Below are positions 25,803 to 33,605 of a DNA stretch of 38,649 nt, in pieces. The position numbers were made by a program, and so were the translations under genes. Position 1 is the first letter of the stretch. Every line of letters starts with the position of its first letter. The notes beneath the pieces were generated by a model. It searched no databases and was not told the origin of the DNA. It saw nothing but the letters and a program-made list of their open reading frames with translations. The stretch comes from Acidobacteriota bacterium (GTDB taxonomy: Bacteria; Acidobacteriota; Blastocatellia; RBC074): positions 1 through 38,649 of the forward strand of contig JANNUY010000064.1 of assembly GCA_031414155.1 (NCBI GenBank), written 5' to 3'.

Positions 25803-26564
25803 TTAGCGAAAAAGGTCTTGCTCTTTCGGGCGAATCAAAGATTGGGAGCTATATTCGCCATACTCAAGCGGACAGCCACGCGCAATTACGATGGGGATGC
25901 GCGCGGTCTTTCGCATCAGCAACCCTGATGCTGCGGCAATTTCATCGGCGATTGCCAGCACGGTGGCTGACAAAGGCTTGCCGTAATCATCAGTGTCGCC
26001 GCGCAAATCGCTTAACGGTTTCATACCAGCGACGCCGATAGCGACGTTCGTGAGGCCTTCGCGCCACGCACGTCCAAAGGTGTCGGTGATGATAACCGCG
26101 ACTTCGATTTGCAGACGTTCAGCCAATTGCTGGCGTAGCATGCGCGCCGAAGCGTCAGGATCAACCGGTAGGAGGGCTACCCAGTCTTCACCGATGACGT
26201 TCGAGCGATCTACACCAGCATTGGCACAGATAAAACCGTGCTTTGTAATAGTAATCAGTACGTGTGGGGTCATTCGCACAATGCCTGCCGATTCGCGTAA
26301 GACGACTTCGATCAAACGCGGATCGCGCTGTTGCTGTGCGGCGATTTCTTGTGCAAAGAGGGAAGGCGTGACAGAACTAAGTTGAACCAATCTGCCTTCG
26401 GCTTTGGAAACGATCTTTTGCGCGACGACGAGGCAATCGCCGTTTTGCAGCGTGAGCCTGCCGTCCTGTGCGGCAGTGCTAATCAACGCAGCCAGATCGT
26501 CTCCGGGGTGAACTTCCGGCAAATGTTTAAGGGGGATCAACTGAATCCCGTCAGTGTTTTGCAT
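25803..26564 (-). CDS. cofE: coenzyme F420-0:L-glutamate ligase CofE/FbiB-N
   Basis: [22 protein letters not shown]...[19 protein letters not shown]...[13 protein letters not shown]...[10 protein letters not shown]...[12 protein letters not shown] are the CofE family blocks. Confidence 0.85.
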   Translation of the reverse strand: MQNTDGIQLIPLKHLPEVHPGDDLAALISTAAQDGRLTLQNGDCLVVAQKIVSKAEGRLVQLSSVTPSLFAQEIAAQQQRDPRLIEVVLRESAGIVRMTPHVLITITKHGFICANAGVDRSNVIGEDWVALLPVDPDASARMLRQQLAERLQIEVAVIITDTFGRAWREGLTNVAIGVAGMKPLSDLRGDTDDYGKPLSATVLAIADEIAAASGLLMRKTARIPIVIARGCPLEYGEYSSQSLIRPKEQDLFR

Positions 26565-26682
26565 TACACTAGAGTGAACGTGAGAGCGCGCGCATACTAC
26601 GAGTGAGTCGGAGCTTTGACAAGCTAACCGGGTACGCGCTGCGCGATGATTGATTCAACCACAACGCAAAAGGAGAAATATA

Positions 26683-27537
26683 ATGCGCTGCATTTTAGCT
26701 TGCTTACTCAACACCACAATGGCGCTGCTGGCGTTTGCACAAACGTCCGCCACCACGCCTGAACTCGTTTCGCCGTTGGGGGCGAAACATTACGCGCAAG
26801 CTGACGAGAAAGGCGAAATCGCCGCTGCCGAAAAGAAATTGACCGCCGACCCGAAAAATATCGAAGCCTTCATCGCGCTTGGCAAAGCTCAAGCCAACAT
26901 CTGGCGTTATCACGCGGCGATTGAAACTTATACGCGCGGCCTGACGCTGGATGCCAAGCACGCGATGCTCTATCGCTATCGCGGACATCGTTACCTCTCG
27001 ACGCGGCAATTCGATAAAGCCGTCAGCGATATGGGAAAAGCCGCGAAGCTCAAGGCCGACGATTTTGATATTTGGTATCACCTCGGCCTGGCTTATTACC
27101 TCAAAGGCAATTTCAGCAAAGCGGTGGCGGCTTACGAAAAGTGTTATGCCGTCGCCGAAAAATCCGGCGAAGACGATTCGATTATCGCCATCAGCGATTG
27201 GCTCTATATGGCCTATCGCCGCTTGAACAAAACTGCCCACGCCGCGCTCATCCTCGCGCGCATTACGCCCACGATGAAGGTCAAAGAGAACAAGTCTTAT
27301 TTCGACCGGCTGTTGTTTTATCAGGGCAAAAAGCAGGAAAGCGAACTCGTCAATCTGGAAAAAGCGACCGACCTCGAAATCGCTACGGTGGGTTACGGCC
27401 TCGGCAACTGGCATTTGTATAACGGCAATCGCGCCAAAGCCGAAGAATACTTTCGCCGCATCGTCAGCGGACGTTACTGGCCCGCGTTCGGCTTTATCGC
27501 GGCGGAAACCGAGTTAGTGCGAATGGGGAAGAAGTAA
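26683..27537 (+). CDS. secreted TPR-repeat protein
   Basis: AAAAGGAG lies upstream of ATG 26683. Signal peptide [20 protein letters not shown]. Several TPR-like units are present ([77 protein letters not shown]). Confidence 0.75.
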   Translation: MRCILACLLNTTMALLAFAQTSATTPELVSPLGAKHYAQADEKGEIAAAEKKLTADPKNIEAFIALGKAQANIWRYHAAIETYTRGLTLDAKHAMLYRYRGHRYLSTRQFDKAVSDMGKAAKLKADDFDIWYHLGLAYYLKGNFSKAVAAYEKCYAVAEKSGEDDSIIAISDWLYMAYRRLNKTAHAALILARITPTMKVKENKSYFDRLLFYQGKKQESELVNLEKATDLEIATVGYGLGNWHLYNGNRAKAEEYFRRIVSGRYWPAFGFIAAETELVRMGKK

Positions 27538-27553
27538 CCGAACACAAGAACGC

Positions 27554-27633
27554 CTTAGCCACGAATTTACACCAATTTTTACAAAGACAAGCGCCGCCTA
27601 GTTCGTGAAAATTGGTGTAAATTCGTGGCTAAG
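27554..27633. repeat. 26-bp perfect palindrome (REP-like hairpin / bidirectional terminator) between convergent genes
   Basis: cttagccacgaatttacaccaatttt (27554..27579) pairs with aaaattggtgtaaattcgtggctaag (27608..27633), with a 28-nt loop, followed by ATTTTTTT. It shares the core CCACGAAnnTACAC and gaaaattggt with the element at 37923..37982. Confidence 0.8.
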
Positions 27634-27639
27634 ATTTTT

Positions 27640-28866
27640 TTAGAATGGAATCATCGTGCCTTGCTCGTTGAACAAGCTGCCCGGTTCGCTTATGAGTTCG
27701 AGGTTGCGGTGGCGTTCTTCGAGCGCGGCGGGCGAAAGGTAGAGTTCGCTTAAGTGCAACGTATCTTTGATACGAGCAATTCGCTTGGGGCGTTTCGGGT
27801 CATGGCTGGCGCGGATGCCCCATTCAAACGCCTGTTGATCGGTCGCGGCGACAATCGGCAAGGTAAAGTGTTCGAAGAAGCCGCTGGTGACGCCGTTCAT
27901 ATAAGTCACGTCCCAATCAATTTTGTCTTTGAGTCTTTTGGTGACTACGTCGGCCATGCCGATGCCACAGGCGTTGCCGTGGGATTCGTCGGTCAAATCC
28001 GTAGCGATGATGACCTTGATGCGCGGCTTTTCGGCATCAGCTTCGCCGCGAATGCCTATGCGCCCGACGATGTTCGGATCCATCCCTGAACCGCTTATGT
28101 TTTTGCCGATGCGGTCTACGATCAACACGTCGAGTTCGTCGAGCGGGAAGGTCGGCAAACTCTCTTTGGCGATTTTCAGTAATTGCGGCTCGCGCGTCCA
28201 AATTTCATCGGGCGTGAGAGCTTCGATAATCGCCGTGTCGTCATAAGCGTTCTCGACAATGCCTATGCCGAGAATGACTTTGCCCGTCGCCATGATCTTG
28301 CGCGCTGCGGCGGGCATCAGCATTTTCAAGCCGTAAATGCCGTAACTATGCAAGGCTTCGGCCAGCCGCTGTTTGCCCAATCCGATGATGCTCATCTTGA
28401 CCAAACCGCTTTCGTAATCGCCGTGAAAGGCCGTATGCGGCTTGATGCGATTGACCAAAATCACGCCGTCCGATTCATAAGCAGTCTTATCCATAAATAA
28501 CGGAATTTCGAGATCGCCGTGTTCGATAGGGACGACTTCCATCGAAGAGCGCACAGGGCAGCCCATCGTCGCGGCGGTGATGTCATACGAAGCGAGAATC
28601 TCAGCCTGACCTTCGTCCGTCGCGCCGCCGTGCGAACCCATCGCGGGAAAAATAAAAGGGTTACCGCCCTTTGCTTTCACGGTATCAACAACTGCTTTAA
28701 CGATGCGGGCGATGTTGGCGACGCCACGACTGCCTGCTCCGATGGCGATATTCGCGCCTGGTGTGATGGTTAGTTTTTCCATCTGTTGCGCGACGGTTTG
28801 TTCGATATTTGCCACCGCTTCGCGCGGAAACTCTTGGCGTACTTTGGTGAAAGCGTAATTAGTCAT
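27640..28866 (-). CDS. uncharacterised protein, possibly LarA-like / DUF2088 (lactate racemase N-terminal domain) family
   Basis: 408 aa with IAIGAGSRGVANIARIV...FPAMGSHGGATDEGQAEIL...DPNIVGRIGI. The family assignment is from memory of similar sequences and is tentative. Confidence 0.4.
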   Translation of the reverse strand: MTNYAFTKVRQEFPREAVANIEQTVAQQMEKLTITPGANIAIGAGSRGVANIARIVKAVVDTVKAKGGNPFIFPAMGSHGGATDEGQAEILASYDITAATMGCPVRSSMEVVPIEHGDLEIPLFMDKTAYESDGVILVNRIKPHTAFHGDYESGLVKMSIIGLGKQRLAEALHSYGIYGLKMLMPAAARKIMATGKVILGIGIVENAYDDTAIIEALTPDEIWTREPQLLKIAKESLPTFPLDELDVLIVDRIGKNISGSGMDPNIVGRIGIRGEADAEKPRIKVIIATDLTDESHGNACGIGMADVVTKRLKDKIDWDVTYMNGVTSGFFEHFTLPIVAATDQQAFEWGIRASHDPKRPKRIARIKDTLHLSELYLSPAALEERHRNLELISEPGSLFNEQGTMIPF

Positions 28867-28912
28867 AGCGTGTCTTTGCTCAGTTATATTGGTCTGTTGG
28901 CAATTTATAAAA

Positions 28913-29314
28913 TCACCAAATCGTTTGAATCGCAGCCGCCTGAATCTTGTGATCAGCCGTGATAAGCGGCAGGTTCAGATGCGACGCGGTAGCGGCAATG
29001 ATGCGGTCTGGCATATCGGGAACGATGCCACGCGGAATTTGACTCATTTTACGCGCGACGCTGTTACTCACAGGAAACAACACGAAGACTCCGGTTGGAT
29101 CGTCAAGCGCGGTAAGCACTCGATTGACCAGAGCTGGCGGCAGTTTATGTTTCTCAACCAGATAGATGATCTCGACCACCGAGATGGTTGAAACATAAAC
29201 CGGATCGCCGACTTGCGCGGCGGCTTCGATGGCATTGAGTGCGTTGGCAGAAAGCAGCGGATCACCTGACACGTACCAAATCACGATATGTGTGTCGGCA
29301 ACGCAAGCACTCAT
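28913..29314 (-). CDS. PIN-domain toxin (VapC family)
   Basis: VADTHIVIWYVSGDP...VSTISVVEIIYL...DMPDRIIAATASHLNLPLITAD. An ATGA overlap joins it to the upstream antitoxin. Confidence 0.85.
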   Translation of the reverse strand: MSACVADTHIVIWYVSGDPLLSANALNAIEAAAQVGDPVYVSTISVVEIIYLVEKHKLPPALVNRVLTALDDPTGVFVLFPVSNSVARKMSQIPRGIVPDMPDRIIAATASHLNLPLITADHKIQAAAIQTIW

Positions 29315-29580
29315 GATTGGCCCTCGTTAGTATAAAAATGTTCGCGCGGAAAGTTGGCCCAGGCTTCGCGTCGCGCTTCGTCAATCTCTTCTTTGGTGAT
29401 GCGAACCTTCAGATCGGCGCAAATGCCGTAAAGGCTACGGCGCGGTGGCTTTGGTGCGACGGTTTTCTGTTCGAGAAATTCAACAAAATCGAGTGCTTCT
29501 TGTTGCCGTTCAAGCGGCAACGTGCGCAGCTTTCCCAGCAAGGTTGCTTCAATCTCAGTGGTAGCAGTGGCAATAGGCAT
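29311..29580 (-). CDS. antitoxin of the PIN module (89 aa, DUF2281-like N-terminus)
   Basis: LLGKLRTLPLERQQEALDFVEFLEQK followed by ...ITKEEIDEARREAW. There is a 4-nt overlap with the toxin. Confidence 0.7.
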   Translation of the reverse strand: MPIATATTEIEATLLGKLRTLPLERQQEALDFVEFLEQKTVAPKPPRRSLYGICADLKVRITKEEIDEARREAWANFPREHFYTNEGQS

Positions 29581-29683
29581 AAGACTCCTTTCACGCTCAG
29601 TTTAACGTCTCAACGCCGAGTCGGCTAATTTATTCTCCTTAACTTTCAAGCTAGTCACTGCGTCATCGCCTCACACAAGCATA

Positions 29684-29717
29684 AACCCGCGCCGCATCAG
29701 AAAACACAGCGCGGGTT
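29684..29717 (-). terminator. putative terminator downstream of hppA
   Basis: The minus-strand reading is AACCCGCGC-tgtgttttctgatgcg-GCGCGGGTT followed by TATGCTTGT, a 9-bp GC-rich stem with a weak U tail. Confidence 0.45.
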
Positions 29718-29745
29718 CGCTTACTGGGAAAGGGTTAGTTTCAAG

Positions 29746-32259
29746 TTACTTCTCTGAACCGATGCGCATACCGTAAAACGACCGGTACACAAAGAACATT
29801 GAGATCACCAAGAACACGACGGCGAGGCCGTGGCTCAGATTCGCCCCACCTTCTGAACGCCGCAAGCTGACGGCGAGTTCCACCGCCAACAAGCCGAACA
29901 GCGTGGTGAATTTGATGACCGGATTCAACGCCACCGACGACGTATCTTTGAACGGATCGCCGACGGTGTCGCCTACGACGCAGGCATCGTGCAACGGCGT
30001 ACCCTTGGCTTTCAATTCGACTTCGACAATCTTCTTGGCGTTGTCCCACGCGCCGCCCGCGTTCGCCATGAAAATCGCTTGATACAAACCGAAGATCGCA
30101 ATCGAGAACAGATAGCCGATGAAGAAATACTCTTCCATAAAGGCGAAGGCCAGCGCCGAAAAGAACACCGTCAGGAAGATGTTGAACATGCCTTTTTGCG
30201 CATACTCGGTGCAAATTTGCACGACCTTCTTGCTGTCTTCGACCGAAGCCTTTTCGACGCCATCGAGCTTGATGTTGGCCTTGATGAATTGAACCGCGCG
30301 ATAGGCTCCGGTGGTCACGGCTTGCGTTGAAGCGCCGGTGAACCAATAGATAATCGCGCCGCCGGTGATCAGCCCCAACACGAAAGGCGCGTGCAGCAAG
30401 CCCAGCTTGTCTACGTTTTCAGTCAGGCCGTTGGTGAGCGACATGATGATCGAAAAAATCATCGTCGTTGCGCCTACGACCGCCGTGCCGATCAGCACGG
30501 GCTTGGCCGTCGCCTTGAACGTATTGCCCGCGCCGTCGTTTTCTTCGAGCAGGTGTTTCGCCTTGTCGAAATTAACCGTGACGCCAAAGTCTTTTTTGAG
30601 TTCGGCTTCGATGTTCGGCACTTGTTCGATCAGCGAGAGTTCATAAACCGATTGCGCGTTGTCAGTCACGGGGCCGTATGAATCCACGGCAATTGTGACC
30701 GGCCCCATGCCGAGAAAGCCGAAAGCCACCTAGCCAAAGGCGAAGACAGCCGGCGCGACCATCAATGCGCTCAACCCCATCAAGCTGAAGTAATAAGAGA
30801 GCGCCATCAAACCGACGATGGCGATGCCCAGCCAGTAAGCTGAAAAATTACCCGCCACCAAACCCGATAAAATATTGAGCGAAGCGCCACCTTCTTTGGA
30901 TGAAGTTACGACTTCGTTGACATGGCGCGATTCGGTCGAAGTAAAAACCTTGACCAGTTCGGGAATGATTGCGCCCGCCGCCGTACCGCACGAGATAATC
31001 ATCGAGAGCTTCCACCACAGCGAGCCGTCGCCCGCGAGATTCGGAATCATCAGCTTCGACACGACGAAAGTCAGGATGATCGAAACAATCGAAGTGAGAA
31101 TGACCAAGCTGGTCAGCGGCTTTTCAAAATTCATCTTGTCGGCGTTGCCGTAGCGGGCTTTCGCCATTGCTTCGTTGATGAAATAAGAACCGGCTGACGC
31201 GATGACCATCATCACGCGCATCACGAAAATCCAGACCAGCAATTGCACTTGAATCGCTTCAAAGCCTGCGCCTGCGGTCTTCTGATTCACCGCCAACAGG
31301 ATGAACGAGATCAACGCGACACCCGTCACGCCATAAGTTTCAAAGCCGTCCGCCGATGGGCCAACCGAATCGCCCGCGTTGTCACCCGTGCAATCAGCGA
31401 TTACACCGGGGTTTCGCGCGTCGTCTTCTTTGATCTTGAAGACGATCTTCATCAGGTCAGCGCCGATGTCGGCGATTTTGGTGAAGATGCCGCCCGCGAT
31501 GCGCAGCGCCGCCGCGCCCAACGACTCGCCAATGGCAAAGCCGATGAAACACGATCCGGCTAAATCGCCCGGAATAAAGAGCAAGATGCAAAGCATGATG
31601 AGCAACTCAACGCTGATCAGCATCATGCCGATGCTCATCCCGGCCTTGAGCGGAATCGCATAAATCGGATAAGGCTTCCCGCCCAAGCTGGCAAACGCGG
31701 TGCGCGAGTTGGCAAAGGTGTTCACGCGAATGCCGAACCACGCTACGCCGTAACTTCCTGCAATGCCGATCAAACTAAAGATCAAAATGATGGCGACTTT
31801 ATAAACTGGCATCTCAGATAGCACACCGAAATAAAGCACAATGACGACAGCAATGAAGGCTTCGAGAATCAGGATGAACTTGCCTTGCGTGACCAGATAG
31901 GTTTTGCAGGTTTCGTAAATCAGTTCAGAGATTTCGAGCATGCTTTTGTGTACGGGCATTCGTTTGAGTTGGCCGTAAATCAGCATTCCGAAAACCATGC
32001 CCAGCAGTGACACGACAATGCCGACCATCAACAACGTGCGGCCATTCGTGCCCATAAAGCTGACCTGCGACAGATCGGGCAGTTTGAGATTAGCTTCACC
32101 GCCGGGGCGATGCGCTGGTTCCTGTGCGAAAGCAGTAGTTACGTTGAAAGCGAAAAGGGCTGCGCTTGCCAGCAAGGCTGTGAGCGCGCGAGACGATGAT
32201 GGAAGGTGCTTAGAAGACAAAAAAGCACGCAACCCGGTACCGGGCTTAGTTTGAGACAT
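29746..32259 (-). pseudogene. hppA: membrane-integral H+-translocating pyrophosphatase interrupted by one in-frame TAG (30730..30732): nonsense mutation, sequencing error or recoding
   Basis: Track ORFs 30730..32427 and 29746..30729 are contiguous and in the same frame. Together they read ...APAVFAFG*VAFGFLGMGPVTIAVDSYGPVTDNAQ...GNTFKATAKP...GDTVGDPFKDT, which are M-PPase hallmarks. The start is chosen at MSQTKPG (32259), giving an N-terminal signal-like extension. The Lys in GNTxKA suggests the K+-independent type (inference). Confidence 0.7.
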
Positions 32260-32438
32260 ACGGTGTTGAACCTCTTGTGTTGAATTGATTGACTCGTTTA
32301 TTAGCCCATAAGGGCGCCCATTAAGGCGACGGATAATAACAAGCCGTGCGGCGAAATTGCAAAGCCGGAATTTAAGGCAAAAGGCTGTGGTTGCAGGCGT
32401 TTGCGCTTTTTTGGTTAAACCAATCACGGCAAGAACAA

Positions 32439-32549
32439 GTAGCGCAATCTGCCGAGATTACGCCGCTTGGTAAAGTACGAAATTGATTACGACCAAAAGC
32501 CTCAAGGCTTCAGTCACTTAAACCACACAATCTCGGCAGATTGTGCTAC
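32439..32549. repeat. 111-bp element bounded by 21-nt inverted repeats (20/21 complementary); each arm contains its own AATCT-N4-AGATT palindrome
   Basis: gtagcgcaatctgccgagatt (32439..32459) pairs with aatctcggcagattgtgctac (32529..32549). It lies between the thiL stop and the hppA start. Confidence 0.7.
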
Positions 32550-32567
32550 TCGTTTTCGCCAGTTTGT

Positions 32568-33596
32568 TTAAGTGCGGAAGTGATCAAATCCGCGAGGCAA
32601 CAAGGGCTGCGAGAGGCCGTTTTGATTGATCGTTAATTGCGTTACGTCGTGTGAGGAAACTATTTCGCCAATACGCGTCAGGCGCAGTTGATGTAACTCG
32701 GCCAGCCGTAGCAATGCTGTTTCGTCTTTAATTTCTGCCGTAAACAACAACTCGAAATCTTCGCCGCCGTTGAGTGCGAGTTGCCGCGCGGCGTCTTCGT
32801 GCGTGGCAAACTGTCGAACGCTCGCGGCAATCGGCAGGGTTTCGGCGAACAACGTTGCGCTGACCTGACTGGCAGTGCAAAGGTGGGCCAGGTCTTGCGC
32901 GAGTCCGTCGCTCACATCAAGCATCGCGTGCGCCAAACCGGATTCACCCAACGCTTGGCCGAACGCGACGCGCGGTTCCGGTCGCAAGTGCGCGCGCATG
33001 GCTTGTTGTCGCCAATCAGCATTGGCCTCATCAATCTGTTTGCCGTCGAGCAATAACTGCAATCCAACGGCGGAAGCTCCCAACTCGCCCGTGATAAAGA
33101 TCAAATCACCGACTTGCGCGCCGCTGCGCCGAATGGACTTGCCGCTTTCGCAATTCCCCAACACCATCGAATCAATCGCCAATCGTTCAGGCATTCCCGA
33201 AACATCGCCGCCAATCAACGTGACTTGATGCGTTTCAGCCAACGCGCAATAGCCATCTAGAAACGCATCCCAAAACTCCGCACTCTGCACTCCGCACTCC
33301 GCACTTCGTAACGGAATCGCCAACGTCAGTAAACTAAAACGCGGCGTGCCACCCATCGCGGCAATATCACTGAGGCTGACAGCGAGGGTTTTGTGTCCAA
33401 GCCAAGCGGGTGGGATGTAATCAAGTTTGAAATCTAGGTCTTCGACCAACAGGTCGGTAGTGATGAGCATTTCGCGTCCGCTTTGTTCGCGCAATACCGC
33501 CGCGTCATCGCCGATGCCAAACAACAAGTCAGTTGGCTTGAAAGCATTGTGCTTGATGCGAGCGCGGATGCGTTCGATGAAATCGAATTCGCTCAT
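32568..33596 (-). CDS. thiL: thiamine-monophosphate kinase ThiL
   Basis: MSEFDFIERIR...GIGDDAAVL...LITTDLLVEDLDF...GHKTLAVSLSDIAAMGG is the AIR synthase/ThiL family signature. ATG at 33596 is preferred over TTG at 33605. Confidence 0.9.
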   Translation of the reverse strand: MSEFDFIERIRARIKHNAFKPTDLLFGIGDDAAVLREQSGREMLITTDLLVEDLDFKLDYIPPAWLGHKTLAVSLSDIAAMGGTPRFSLLTLAIPLRSAECGVQSAEFWDAFLDGYCALAETHQVTLIGGDVSGMPERLAIDSMVLGNCESGKSIRRSGAQVGDLIFITGELGASAVGLQLLLDGKQIDEANADWRQQAMRAHLRPEPRVAFGQALGESGLAHAMLDVSDGLAQDLAHLCTASQVSATLFAETLPIAASVRQFATHEDAARQLALNGGEDFELLFTAEIKDETALLRLAELHQLRLTRIGEIVSSHDVTQLTINQNGLSQPLLPRGFDHFRT

Positions 33597-33605
33597 TGGC
33601 TTCAA

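Noticed and set aside
26704-27414. 236-aa minus-strand ORF
   Set aside because: It is antisense to the TPR gene, which has a signal peptide, an RBS and TPR periodicity. It is a shadow frame.
30730-30732. Pyrrolysine or genome-wide TAG reassignment as the explanation for the in-frame TAG in hppA
   Set aside because: TAG terminates several well-supported genes in this window, and no pyl genes or suppressor tRNA are visible here. It is kept only as a low-probability alternative under the main finding.
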